64,000 bases of DNA, from NCBI GenBank assembly GCA_977018835.1, contig OZ361257.1, forward strand, positions 1,178,001 through 1,242,000. Direction: 5' to 3'. Shown one piece after another: positions 39,028 through 51,369 of this stretch. Position 1 is the first letter of the stretch, and every line of letters starts with the position of its first letter. A program made the position numbers and the translations under genes. The DNA comes from Minutocellus sp. GHC0000111. Its lineage: Eukaryota. Under the pieces are notes generated by a model. That model ran no database searches and was not told the origin of the DNA. It saw only the letters and a list, made by a program, of their open reading frames with translations.

Positions 39028-39312
39028 ATGAACAAGAGGCCCATTGCCATCGTCCTCGCCAGCCTGGTGGCAGGTGCCATCCTCGTTGGCGTCGTCAAGG
39101 CCGTTCAGGTCAAACGAGGCGAGGGGCCGTGGCCCGAATGCGTCGGGATGCAAGCGGAAGATTGTCAGACACTCATACTCGAGGAGGCTCCCAGTTTGAA
39201 CACGTATATCATCCCCGAAGGTTCGCCCGTGACAATGGACTACAGACTTGACCGAGTGCGGATATTTGTGGACGATGCCAACGTGGTGGTTTCGGTTCCG
39301 AACCGTGGCTGA
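39028..39312 (+). CDS. Potato inhibitor I family (I13) serine protease inhibitor with N-terminal signal/anchor
   Basis: WPECVG, PEGSPVTMDYRLDRVRIFVD, VP.RG. Confidence 0.92.
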   Translation: MNKRPIAIVLASLVAGAILVGVVKAVQVKRGEGPWPECVGMQAEDCQTLILEEAPSLNTYIIPEGSPVTMDYRLDRVRIFVDDANVVVSVPNRG

Positions 39313-39554
39313 TGTGTTGGCTGCGAGATGAGTGATTAGATTATTAGATTCGATTGCATGCTCCGTCGCCTTCCTCGATACTGTATTTTAGAGTAGCAAC
39401 GCCTGGTCAAAGGCGATAGAGACCAAAGGGCTTCCAGCCATGAAGTCAATGTATACTAGTCTCATTCTCCCTTCATAATAGCATCACTTGTATTATATTA
39501 GATCAAAATTATTATACTTTGCATTTGTACAGTCTATCCGTGCTACGACCGGTC

Positions 39555-42500
39555 CTACGACGATCCAGACTTAATCTCTGCTGACCCACTCCGAATGGAT
39601 TCCAACTGATTTTTGTAATCCTTGAACGAAAGCTTTTTCCAATCGACCTTGCCACCGCCAAAGTCGTTGAGCGCACAGGCGGCCAAATAATGCTTGGCCA
39701 CCTTCCGCGAAGCATAGTGAATATTCCTTTCGTGCTCGTAAACTTTGGTGGAGTCTACAAGACGGACAAAGTTGGGCTTCCTGGAGACGCTCTTGCCAAG
39801 GACCAATCGAATGATCTCATGTTCACCGTCGATGGATTGATCTAGGGGCAATATCTCCCAGTCAAGAGTGAGAGAGCCTAGATCTTGCAACTGGACCAGC
39901 AAGGCGCCTGGTGTTTGGCCGTCTTTGTTGACGGGTGGCTCCTTCGGAAGTTTGGATTTCGTCCGTACCTGCTTTTTCCGTGCAACTTCTTCGTCCGACA
40001 ATCGGTGTCGTTTGCGTTTCCGCTTGTTTTCACCACCAACATCAGAATCATCCAAAGGATTGGACGCCTTCTTGCCACGCCTGCCTCGGCCCACCGCCTT
40101 ATCATGCTCTTCTTGTGCTCTTGAATAGGCACGCTTATATGCAATATCAAATAAGGGGAGCCGTTGGCCTGCCTTGGACGTCAAAAGAGGAACCAAAGCG
40201 TCGTTGTGTGAAACATCGTCTTCAATGTAGTCCGAGACTGGACCCTGACCCCTCTTCATGCGTTCCTGGACCATCCGTCGGTGTGTCGGACTGCCATGGA
40301 CATTGCCGTCGCGCATCCTCCGTAGATTACCCTCATCATCGGCTTCAAAAAACGTAGGGACTTCATTCTTCATCACCCGTCGGGCGACGATTCGATTGTG
40401 CGGTCTCAAAGGCGATAGCCTTTTCGAGAAAGGCTCTGGAGGGCTGAAGGGTTCGGGCGGGCTCGATGGCTGCATATGTAAAACTGTCCAAAAGTTTTCA
40501 CCGATTCGGATTCGCTTCCCAGGAGAGCTGCCGCTCTTGACGCTGGAATCATAGGCTCTATCGGACGTCGGCAGTAGGGTCCCTTCTACCTCCAACTCAT
40601 TGAGATTTTCAATGCAAAGCTGACGAAACCGGTCTATGTCAAAGATGTTGGAACCTCTTTCCATGCACTCGTCAAACATATCCTCAATTGCACCATTGGA
40701 GGAAAGTTGGCGGTAGGGTTCGGGAACTAAGTAGTCCACCTGCGACGGGAGAGCCGCGAGACAGGACATTCCGGCAGGCAAGGGAGACACATAAGGCCTC
40801 CGAGATAAGAGCTGGACAGGGCCTACCGTCTGGTCAGCATCCATTGCCGCCTTGAGATACGCCTCCAATTCACTGGCAGTAGGGGACATGTGATTGGCGT
40901 ATGTATAGCCATAATTCGGGCAAACCCCATCCTGATAGGTCTGTAAGTTCCATATCAAACCCTCAAGATACAGCTCAACATCTGCCTCCACAGGAGCATC
41001 AGATTCCCAATCGTATCCAATGTCGGAAGACGGTCCAAGCTTGACGTTATCGTCATCCTCATCGTCGTCGTCGTCCTCCACGCCAACATCTCCCTCATCA
41101 TCGCCAAGGCTGCTGTCCTTGCCGAGTACATAGTCAGGCATTTGCAAATAATCAGCACCGAGCAGCTCTTCAATTGCCATTGAAGCTAATATTTGTTTTG
41201 TTCGTTGCATCGGCCGTCCCTTCTTATGCTTGATTTCATAGCGGTAGTAGGAAGGTGTCTTACTGCTTGCATCGCTGTTATTAGCATCGGTGGACGGCGC
41301 TTTGCCCAATGTCATCACGACGAACTCCACTTCATTTTCAGACGCATCCTTCACATTCTTCTTCGATGAAGATTTCTTTCGTCGGCTGCCATATTTCTCC
41401 TCAACCACACGCGAGTACGAATCTGACCCTGGGTCATACGACGAAAAGGTCAGAGGTCCTGGCAGAAAAGAGCCCTCGATGAGGTTATTGAGCTGGCTCA
41501 GTGGTGTCACTGAGAATCTCTTCCAATCGACAACGGCGTCAGCACTAACTAACGGTGGCTCTGACTTGACCAGGCGACGGAAAAAAGCAAGGCAAAATGG
41601 CAAATTGAACTCCAAGGTGTTGGGATCAATCAAGAACGGCTGAGGCTTTCGAACACCGTGCTTATGCCACTCATGCTCAGGATCATCGTCCGTCTGCTTC
41701 TTCTCATCATCAAGCCACTCCCTCAATAATCGTAGATAATAACCAAATAGCTTATCGAAACCAGAAGAACCCCGGAGCTTGGGCAAATAGTCATTGCCAT
41801 TCATGATCAGCAGTAGTACCAAATCAGTTCGAACTCGAACAAGATCTTCATCTGGCATCGATGGGAGAAACCTTGCCAATGCTCTCGTAGTTTCCCAAAG
41901 GCTGACACAAAAGGCAATGTTTTGAGTACCCCCGCTAGTTCCCCTAGAATCATCGGGAAGTATGACAAACACATTATGGGTAATGCTCGGGGGGATAATG
42001 AGTCCTTCCAGTACCAAGTCACTATCACCACCGCATATCGCCACGGATTGTCCTGGTAAGACCACACTCGCTCCCGGCCCACCGGACGCACGGAGCCAAT
42101 TCAGTAGCTTCACCTCTCCCTCTCCAGGTGCGATGGATGGTGATAGGTAGACCCTAACGCCCGAAAGTGGACCGTTGCGATATGTCAGTCGTTGCCAGGC
42201 CCAGTACAGGAGAGCCGATTCTGCGAGCGACAAAATATCTGTCCCCGGGGTAATCGATAGGGAGTTCGCCTCTCTGGCATACCGATGCAGCTTGGTCCGT
42301 TCGTTCTTTCGTCGTTGTTTGTACGATACACCACCGGAAGATTTTGAAGTAGAAGAATCACTCCCATTTCCCACGGTAGCCCATCCGTCCACAATCTGCA
42401 ACCCCAATTCGGCAAACTCCTCGAGACTGACGCCGCCCAATTCCGGATGGCCGGCTTCAATCACCCCCCTCTGGACCAGAAAGTCGATCGTGCGCTTGTG

Positions 42501-43025
42501 CAGTTCCCCACGTTGCAATATACCATACCGCCGACTCCGTTGAGTGGCCAGCTTGGCCGCCGACGGCGGTCCGTCCAGCGCCAGGACGACCGATCGGCGG
42601 GGCTGGGCCAAAGCCAGCAATTTGTCCAGCTCCTTGATCATGAGCATGAGGGCGTGGGACGGAGAGTGCGACCGCCTCATGGCAATGTGCAGCAGCTGGT
42701 TGGCATCTATCAGCACATGATCGAAGCTTTCGCTGTGCTGCTCGTGGGGCGGTGCGCCCTTGCCGCCCTTTGGGATGGGCACAACGGCCGACGGGAATGT
42801 CTTCTCGAACCACCCCCGAAATCCCTTGATGCCGTACAGTGCCGACGACGACGACGACGATGACGACGAAGGCGTTTGCTGTCGTATTCTGCTTTTCGGG
42901 ACAATTGGCGCGGGCGAGTTGGGCACAAAGGCCGACACACCACCTCGTATTCTCGGCCCGTTTCTCGAACACGCCATTGCAACGATGACGACGGTGACGA
43001 GCATGCTTATTCGAGGCACCGGCAT
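39555..43025 (-). CDS. XRN-family 5'-3' exoribonuclease with plastid-type presequence
   Basis: GI.GF..WF, FDHVLIDANQLLH, LALDGPP..AKL.TQR.RR, ITPGT, PGEGEVKL, GGDSDL, GNDYLP, YLEGLIWNL.TY. Confidence 0.9.
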   Translation of the reverse strand: MPVPRISMLVTVVIVAMACSRNGPRIRGGVSAFVPNSPAPIVPKSRIRQQTPSSSSSSSSSALYGIKGFRGWFEKTFPSAVVPIPKGGKGAPPHEQHSESFDHVLIDANQLLHIAMRRSHSPSHALMLMIKELDKLLALAQPRRSVVLALDGPPSAAKLATQRSRRYGILQRGELHKRTIDFLVQRGVIEAGHPELGGVSLEEFAELGLQIVDGWATVGNGSDSSTSKSSGGVSYKQRRKNERTKLHRYAREANSLSITPGTDILSLAESALLYWAWQRLTYRNGPLSGVRVYLSPSIAPGEGEVKLLNWLRASGGPGASVVLPGQSVAICGGDSDLVLEGLIIPPSITHNVFVILPDDSRGTSGGTQNIAFCVSLWETTRALARFLPSMPDEDLVRVRTDLVLLLIMNGNDYLPKLRGSSGFDKLFGYYLRLLREWLDDEKKQTDDDPEHEWHKHGVRKPQPFLIDPNTLEFNLPFCLAFFRRLVKSEPPLVSADAVVDWKRFSVTPLSQLNNLIEGSFLPGPLTFSSYDPGSDSYSRVVEEKYGSRRKKSSSKKNVKDASENEVEFVVMTLGKAPSTDANNSDASSKTPSYYRYEIKHKKGRPMQRTKQILASMAIEELLGADYLQMPDYVLGKDSSLGDDEGDVGVEDDDDDEDDDNVKLGPSSDIGYDWESDAPVEADVELYLEGLIWNLQTYQDGVCPNYGYTYANHMSPTASELEAYLKAAMDADQTVGPVQLLSRRPYVSPLPAGMSCLAALPSQVDYLVPEPYRQLSSNGAIEDMFDECMERGSNIFDIDRFRQLCIENLNELEVEGTLLPTSDRAYDSSVKSGSSPGKRIRIGENFWTVLHMQPSSPPEPFSPPEPFSKRLSPLRPHNRIVARRVMKNEVPTFFEADDEGNLRRMRDGNVHGSPTHRRMVQERMKRGQGPVSDYIEDDVSHNDALVPLLTSKAGQRLPLFDIAYKRAYSRAQEEHDKAVGRGRRGKKASNPLDDSDVGGENKRKRKRHRLSDEEVARKKQVRTKSKLPKEPPVNKDGQTPGALLVQLQDLGSLTLDWEILPLDQSIDGEHEIIRLVLGKSVSRKPNFVRLVDSTKVYEHERNIHYASRKVAKHYLAACALNDFGGGKVDWKKLSFKDYKNQLESIRSGSAEIKSGSS

Positions 43026-43603
43026 TATGTTCCGATGACGACGAGCAAGAGGAGGTGTCTGTCCGACGGTGGTCGGCGTCCTGCGTTTTTGCAGTGGATT
43101 ATTATTTCGAGGGGCCCTCATTGTTCGAAGAGTCAAATCACCAGCCAGATACCCCCCGCCTTGGTATGCTGATGTATCTTTCTTGGACATCTGTTGACAG
43201 TAGGGCGTGCAGTGCTCGCTCATAGCCAAGCAAGGTGGCCAGAACGCGCCCGCCAGAATTGCTCTGAGCAATTCTGGTCATCGTTCGCCACATGCTCGCG
43301 GTATTGAGGAACAGGTGTTGTTGTACTTTTGACCTCGACCCTCGGCAAGACCAAGATCATCACTTCCAATCGATCGCCGAGATACCCGAGGTCCAGCCAA
43401 TCTGTCACCTGTTGAGGCACATTCACAAAGCAAACGCCTAACCACAACATATTAATACGCTGATAGTGTCCATTCTTGACGACGGCCCAGTGAATTCGAT
43501 TGCCATCGTTTCGATATCAGCAACTAACTCGACTCGACTCACTCACTGCAGGGCACGATCCACCGCCCCAACCCGAACAACAACAATAACAAAGAGAAGC
43601 AAG

Positions 43604-44846
43604 ATGGATTTCCTACTCGTCGGATTCAAGGCGAGCAAGCTCAAGCCTCGTAAGTGTGCAGCCGTTTGTGAACATTATAATATTATGGTGTTGTGCTCGT
43701 TTTATCCCAACATTAAAGTCTGATCATCAATAAAAATTCCCCAACACATCACAAAACCAAACAATCCAAACCCCAACAACAGAACTCAAAATGGCGGTCA
43801 GTCGGTTTCAGATTGCCTCCAACGAAAAGACCGCCCTGATGAAGCAGACAATGAGAGAGATCGCCAAGCTATTGGCGGAAGAACCGCAGCCCAAGGAGGA
43901 GAAGGCTCGCATTCGCGCCGAGGCGCTCATTCGCGAGGACAACACCGTGGAAGCCTACGAGATCCTCATGTTGGAATGCGAGCTGGTGTTTGAGCGGGTC
44001 AAGCTCATTGAGAGTATGAAGGAATGTCCTGAGGATCTCAAGTCGTGCATTTCCACCCTCATTTGGTCGGCGGATCGGATGGACATACCGAAATTGCAAG
44101 AGATTCGCAAGCAGTTCCGATACAAGTACGGCAAAAAGTTTGAAGAGGCATGCCTGAACAACGTCGGCGGAATCCTCAACGAACGCGTCGTGGCCAAGTT
44201 GTCGGTCCATCCCCCATCGGCGTATCTGGTGCAGACCTATCTGGAAAAGATTGCTGATGAGTTCAAGGTGGACTGGAAGCCCGCCGTCAAGCTCGGCGCG
44301 GAGGATCTGTCCGCGCCGATGGTTGCCCCTGTCGGATATTCAGTTCAGATTGCTCCCGGCACCGGCTTGGCCCCGGCTGGTGTGCCGCCTCCATCCAATC
44401 CTGGCGATGGATTTGGTGACGATGATTTGGGCAGCGCCAGTGGTGGCGGTGGTGGAGGCGGAGGAATGACTGTTGCGACTGGTGCCGCATCTCGTAGTAC
44501 TGGCACCAGCACCCTGACGGATATTCCTGCCGCCCCTGCCGGTCCTCCTTCGGACAAGTACGATGACATACCGTCAGTAACCGCTACTCCAATTCCCATG
44601 CCGCCGGCAACGGCCCCTGGACAGTCGGCTGCGGCCCCGAGTCTCGATTTGGAGGAGCCCGACATCTTTATTCCGGCGGCACCTGGCCAGGGCGGAGGTT
44701 CGTCCAAGGCCAGCGGTGCATCGATTGGAGGTAAAACGACTGGTCTTGATAGCAACGCCGACGATAGGGACGATGGGAGCAATGCAGGAGGTGGCGGGGC
44801 GACGTACGATGATCTCGCCGCACGGTTTTCTCAGTTGAAGAAGTAA
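43604..44846 (+). CDS. IST1: IST1 (ESCRT-III-associated regulator of Vps4); intron 43650-43782
   Basis: FKASKLKPQLKMAVSR, ARIRAEALIRED, EAYEIL..CEL, KYGKKF and C-terminal MIM YDDLAARFSQLKK. Confidence 0.93.
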
Positions 44847-45054
44847 GATAGGCTGATACATGTACCGATAATTTAGGAGCACTACGTAATAAATTCGCAA
44901 CTTGATTCATTGAATTTATACTAGCTAGAGAGTATTCATTGAGTATTGTTCTTTTGTAAGAAGTGAACACAGAGGGTCTAAATGCACGAGTAATTCATCG
45001 TATTGCATCTACGAGATGCTCGCGCAGCCGGGGAGGGCATGAACATGATGCACT

Positions 45055-47280
45055 CTAGCGAGAATTGGAGCCATTCGTCGCCACAGCTGCCTCTATAATT
45101 TGATCAAAATGGTCGTCATAAGAGTCAAAAGACAACACATACTTCGCACATCGCAGCACATTGTCAATAGATTTCGCAGGTTCAAATGGGGTGCATTCTT
45201 TCATTTTCCAGTTCCCGATGTATCGAACGCGCGGAGTGCCACGTCCTTGATTATCAGGTACCCAGAAAACAGGGAAAGAGTAAGCGACATCATTCTCTAA
45301 GAAGAGCTTCAGATCTTTCTGCATTCCACCGCTGCCTTTCTTTCGATTAATAACGAGCTCTCCGGTCGAGTCTGACGGAAGTTTCGTTCACCTATTGTTC
45401 TTTTCGGCAATGATCACATGACTCAGGATTTGCACACCACCTTCGGTACATGTCGCGAAGGCAGCCCCGCCACAGTACGTAACGGGCGTCTTAAGACATA
45501 ATGGGTTGGGGAAGCGAAGATCAAGATCGTTATCTGTACCACCACTGATTTCAAAAAGTTGCCGCCTAGTGATGAGGGCAGATTGGCGAAGGTTTGTGTC
45601 CGCAGCTGGAAGGTCAGTTGAAAATGTAGAAATGCCAGTCGGCATAGTATCGGTCGGGGACCATCTTGCCATTTGTTGACCGATCCAAGATTCATCAATA
45701 GGGACCGTGCAATCCAAGAACTTCTGCGATGTCATAGCAGAAAAAGCTTGCTTCTTGGTCTTTGGGTTCTCCACCATGGCGCAAAATTTTGGACCATTCA
45801 TGGCGATCCACTTGACTTGCTTATCTTCTTGTTCAGGCAAGTTTCGAACATCATCGATACGGCGCATCCATTTGACCCGACGAAGCAGGATTCCGTTGAT
45901 AAATGGGTCCGGGCACTTCGCATTTACAAAGTCCCACGGAAAATCGTACTTGTCAATGGCGTCTGATTTACTCTCAACAATGAACGAGTCATCTAACATC
46001 ACACCAAAGACTGCCTCACCGGGAAGCTGCTTCGCTTTATTATCTTGCGTCATGTGCATAATAACAATGTCTCCAGGTCGAAGGAGAGAAGGCATGCGCT
46101 CGGCTTTGCAATAGTTTGCGATCTGAAACTTGTTCCATAGAAGCGACTCGCGGCACGACTCTCTGATCGATTCGTAAGCAGAGTCTCGGAGATATGCGAG
46201 CGCCTGGACAGGATCATGGAGCAGGTTCTCAGGAATGATGCGATTGCAAGAGGCGATGTAACCATGTTTCAGACACCACATAGAGCAAAGCCGTCCATGA
46301 GGATCCCATTCCCTTATCGAGTCCCTCTGGAATGTTCTGATTCGGCATATCTTTTTGTCATCTTGGTCAGAAATCGCCGCCAACCATTCTTTATCGACCG
46401 AATTTAGTGAAACCGCACTTGATCCTGAAAGTATTGCATGATCCATTCTGTCTTTCCTAGACTTCTTTCTAGAAGCTGGACCGCCCTCATATCTCTCAAT
46501 AGGCTTCGGCGATCGCTTCGTGCGCCGGAGATGACCGCCTCCACCAGAAGTTTGGTCGCGATCCGAGATCGCAGCACCCTGCAATGGGTCTACTAGCTCC
46601 TCGACATCTTCCATTAAGATGTCTTGATTTTCTTCTATTGGACGACAGTCTTCGACAGAAGGATATCCGCTAGCCACAGTTTCTGCACCTTGCACGGCTT
46701 CTTCTCCTTCACCGGTAGAACCTGCATTGTCAGCATTCATCATGTGGATATTTTGTTGCGTATCCATGGGGTCACCATCTCTCGAACCACTATCTCCACG
46801 CTGAGCAGAATTACTACTGGTTCCAGCAGAGATTGCGGCAGGAGGCGGATCTGCCCCTTCCTGCGCATGGTCAGCAGATGCGCCACTCGAAACAGTTTCT
46901 CCACTAACGGTAGTATCAACCGTTTCTTTCTGAGCACCTGGCTTCACTGTCTTCTTGCTACGACGCCGCAATCGGCGAAGCATTTGGCAAGCAAAATGAC
47001 TGACATTGGGATCCGCAGTATTGAAGCTCGTAACTTTCTTGCAAAAGGGGTATTCTACCCACTTCTTCTTTTGGAAAGCCTTGTCACTTAGGCGCTCGGC
47101 CTCGGCCATGCGCTTGCGGACAACGCAGTTGTAGCACAAAAAATGTCGACATGTCGAAGATTGGACGGGCAGATGCGACTGCTCTTTTTCAGTTCTTCCA
47201 ACGAATAGGTCAGGGTCGTCGTCATAGAGTTCGGTGCATATCTGGCATGTTTCGATGTCGTCGTCTGATTCAGAGTCCAT
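45055..47280 (-). CDS. RING-finger protein with two further globular domains; in-frame TGA at 45388-45390
   Basis: CQIC..CRHFLCYNC..YPFC (C3HC4 with the seventh ligand as Tyr). ORF 45055-45324 continues in the same frame. Confidence 0.75.
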
Positions 47281-47678
47281 GGCTATGTAGTAAAAACTGC
47301 AAATGCACGAGTAGCCGTCAGCTACCGGTATTACGAGTATTTGGCTTGGCAGGTCTTCGATCGCCTTGCTTGCTGAAAATTTTGGCAAACCGGATGGATA
47401 AAAAGACGCATCTAATAAGGAGTGCCCGTCAATTTTTCGTCCATTTCCCGCGCCCGCCGGGCACGATTTACGAGAGGGAAACATTGACAAATCTTCATGG
47501 CTCTTTATTTTCATTTATGTCCGGCACACTTTGCGCGACATCCGAATCTGCCGCCAACAAAAAAAGCGAGAGCAGCATAATCGTCAGGCTTGGTCTCCAT
47601 TGAAGAGTGGAGAATTGGGTATTGGACTGGTTGCTTGTTATTGTTGGTTGTTCCTCAGAGCGTTACTCAACACAAGAT

Positions 47679-48434
47679 ATGATTTGCTCGTCCCCTCCAG
47701 AAGCAGCGGTGGTGCCACCGGCCACCGACGCTGATGCCACCGAGCGCCAGACGGAACTGACATCTACAACCATCATCATCCCTAAATCTCTTGCGGCATT
47801 GGCAGATAATATTGAAGACGATGAAGACTACGGTGATGAAGGCGAGTGCAATAACCTCGAGTGGTCTCCTCGCTCGGCACGGAGCATACCGAGCCTTCTC
47901 GACGACGAGAACGCCGCCCGGATCGCTCTTCGCGATCGGTCCAACTCGGAGCTGACTCTCGAGCCATGCCTCGACTCGACCATCATCGAGACGAGTCAGG
48001 GCCTCTTCCTGCCACAGCTCGTCCCCGAAGAGGGAAGCAAAGATGTCGAAACAGCCCCACCCCTGCGTCGGTATACCACGCCACCCTCCACCAATGTCAA
48101 GAACAAGATGGGCGCTGATGCTGCTGATGCCACAATCGCCGTGACGGTGACTCCTCCGAGCACTCCAGAAAGTAATTCTTCGAGTCGTCGTTCGTCCTCC
48201 ACCATAATGGGCGAAGAGGACGAGGAGGAGGCCGCCAAACACGGCAAACGAGGCAGCACCGCATCCACCGCCAAAACTCCCAAGCGCAGCAACAGAGGCG
48301 GCAGCGGCACCAGCTCCACCAACAGGAGCACACCCGATGAGACCGAGGTTACATTCAACGAAATTCAGCGCAAGAAGAATCTACGAATCAAGAACTTCTT
48401 CCGACGACTTGCGAGGAGCGTTCGCAAGGGCTAG
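47679..48434 (+). CDS. Hypothetical disordered protein
   Basis: S/T/E-rich ORF with basic amphipathic end KNFFRRL. Confidence 0.55.
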   Translation: MICSSPPEAAVVPPATDADATERQTELTSTTIIIPKSLAALADNIEDDEDYGDEGECNNLEWSPRSARSIPSLLDDENAARIALRDRSNSELTLEPCLDSTIIETSQGLFLPQLVPEEGSKDVETAPPLRRYTTPPSTNVKNKMGADAADATIAVTVTPPSTPESNSSSRRSSSTIMGEEDEEEAAKHGKRGSTASTAKTPKRSNRGGSGTSSTNRSTPDETEVTFNEIQRKKNLRIKNFFRRLARSVRKG

Positions 48435-48993
48435 TCTCATGATATCAAAAAATAAATATGCAGAGGACGATCAATAAGAGCGCGCTCGACCTCCTACAAT
48501 CCATAAACGAGCTCAATGTTGGTCTTGCATTTAAAATATGCATGCTCTGATGCCGAAAATAGTTGAGAGAAAATTCCACAAAGGGCAGGGGCCCTCTTCG
48601 GGACAAAATGAGAGCTTTCTCCTGGTTATAAGTAATTCAAAGACGAAATACCAGCATGCTACATGTAGCGGCAACGATTTCAGCTGGGCCACACTTTTTG
48701 ATCAATTAATATTTAATATATACAAGTTTATTCATTTCGAACGCTTTGGCTATTTCTGCAATGAAGCCGATGCACACGCAGATAGATAGAGTGGGCATGC
48801 TTCTTTATGTATAGTGTATTTTTCTATTGGGAGGGTTTCGCATATTGTTTTCGGTTAAATGGTCATAGCATCCTCCTCGTCGTTCGAAGGGACTGTTGGC
48901 TGTAATGACGAGGAAATTTTGTTTGTTGTGGCAGCAGCAGCAGCCTTATTTTCGAGGGAACACTGGGCAAGGTCTAGGGCTAGAACGCTTGTG

Positions 48994-49725
48994 CTAATGG
49001 GAATTGGAGGGATGTGGGGTATGATTCGACGTCTTTTGTGTCGATTGATGGTGGTGCTTGAGCTGGTCCTGGAGAGCTCGGGAGCGATGGTGCATGTACA
49101 CGTACTGGTCAAACGCGCTATTGCCGAAGGTTGAAGTCGGCGATCTACCAGTAGACGCATCATTCCTCTGCATACGACGGACAAAGGCGGCATCGGTCGA
49201 GGCCTTGGCAAGAGCAGCTTCGATCGCCGGCAGGGCAACCCGACGTGCGACGGCGGCAATGTGGTAAGGATCTTCGTCTTCGTCCTGGGCATCGAGGATG
49301 GAGTTGGTGACGTGGGCTTTGTGGTCGTTTCGTTGCGACATGGATGCGGCACTCCTCATATATTCTATGCCACGGAAGCACAGGCCACTATCCTCATCGT
49401 TGTCATTTAGGCCTTGTCCCATCGCAATGATGTTGTCTCAGGTTTCTTCCTGCGAGGCTTTGGACTCGGCATCGGTGATGAAGCACGCGTCGTATTCCTC
49501 TTGAGTCCATTCAGACAGGGTAGGTATGAGATATACTCGCGTTTGTCTGTTGAACGTAATATTATTCTTCCTTTCAGCAGCAGGTGGTCGTTGAGTTAGG
49601 CCGCACATGAGATTGGTCGTCGTGCCGCTGTTGAAGTTATTTGTTGAAGGGATAATGCGGGTTGTGCCGGTAGTCTCATCGGTGGTACATGTAGATTGCT
49701 TGAGGATGGATTTGAAAGGCATCAT
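48994..49725 (-). CDS. Hypothetical protein (I.F....RV..IP / C.RG[IL]E motif type); in-frame TGA at 49438-49440
   Basis: KSILK, ITFNRQTRVYLIP, LCFRGIE, SILDAQ; two ORFs in the same frame. Confidence 0.65.
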
Positions 49726-50342
49726 GCTCGACAATGATGATGGGCGAGACAGATGGCGGTGTCGGTTGGTATGGTGATGGTCCTCTCGTGAATTGGTTGG
49801 TATGGTGGTGTTTTCTCTTCGTAAAATGTGAGGAATACAGGGATAGACGATGAGGATCCTTCGCTCGAAGTCGGCCGGCAAACGTAAACAGCTATTCGCC
49901 CTGACGGCGCGCCAGCTGTAAAAATTGATACTCCTGTTTTGATTTTTCTTACACAACTGCAACACCCAGAGAACATTGTGCGTCATGATGATGCGTTCGT
50001 AATCGAAATGCCCTCCATCTTCTGACACAAAAGCTCGATCAGGCCGCAAGCCTCACCAAAATGAGTCCGCCAACTTTCGCCGCAGCAGCCGATTCGAATT
50101 CTGGTGAGAGTACGATTGACGACGTGATTTGGCGACGTGGCAGATCCATTTTTAACACAAATACACTCATTGAGAACACGGTAATTCTGACAAAAATTGC
50201 ACAGTGTGCGTCACAGGCCGAGAATTGAGTTGAGTGCCGACCGGCCGCACAGTTGACGATGACCTTCATCACTCCATGCCACACATTAGCATTACCACAA
50301 CCGGCCAATCCAATCCAACTCAACACACCAATAAATCAGAAC

Positions 50343-50690
50343 ATGGATCGAAGTCACACCGACCCTCGAAACAGCCGTGATGGCACCACGAGCAATTCCA
50401 ACGACGATGACAATCCTCCTTGCGATCGCAACAGCAGCAGTCTTCTCTCCGTCCTCGAAAAAGCCATCGAAATTTCCGACGCCGACCATTGTCCTCTAAC
50501 GAGAGCAGCAGCAGCAACTCGGCCTAATGGTGAATCTCTTCCCCGGAGAAGAAGTGGCGATGGCAGTAATAATGGTTTGCCGTCCATCATCCAAGTCATT
50601 CAACGCGCTGGGGAGGAGCAAAGGCGGGGGGGCGAAGAAGGACGGGGTCGAGGTAGTCCTTGTGGAAGAGGCGGCAGTAGAACTGCGTAA
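50343..50690 (+). CDS. Short hypothetical protein
   Basis: ATG at 50343 and an amphipathic SLLSVLEKAIEI motif; 3' frame uncertain. Confidence 0.35.
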   Translation: MDRSHTDPRNSRDGTTSNSNDDDNPPCDRNSSSLLSVLEKAIEISDADHCPLTRAAAATRPNGESLPRRRSGDGSNNGLPSIIQVIQRAGEEQRRGGEEGRGRGSPCGRGGSRTA

Positions 50691-51369
50691 CAAAACAGGC
50701 TCGATTTTACCGCCCATTGCCGGGAAAAACTCCACGGCCGGCCCACCACAACACAGAGCCAACGCAAACACCACAGAACCTTGCATCATTGATTCCAACT
50801 TCTTTTAAAACTGAATCCAAATCAAATCATGTAAGAACAACAAACCACCCTGCACGTTGATCGAGCTATCGCTACTTGCGAGCGCCTACTCTAGCTAGCT
50901 ACCAGTACTAGTAGCGAGATGCCGCACAGACTAGCTAACTGCCTAATACGTCGTAGAAGATTAGCTACGAGTTAAATTAAATTGGCATAAACTAACGGTC
51001 CAACTCTATTTTGCGACATAAGATATCATTCTTTGCCTCTTTTATGGTCGATCTCAGACCACCACATTTTAAAAAGTCCTGCAAACATGTATGTACATGC
51101 TGCAGTAAATTGCTCTATCGCTCTATTTTATGTTGGGACGACCGGATATTTGCCAGCGACTCAATGGGTCCTAATGCCGGTACTCATGTGCTCATATTCG
51201 ACGAAACGAAGACGACGACTTTCTTCAAAGTGGCTTGACGCATTGGCAAAGTTTGAACGGCAAACCATGGCTGAATCAAATAAGCTGATGCCTATTCAAC
51301 GGAAGATTGATTTAGCTCTATAGCTTCACCAAAAAAACTATTTTTTTTACATCCTGTGCCCGTATGCAT

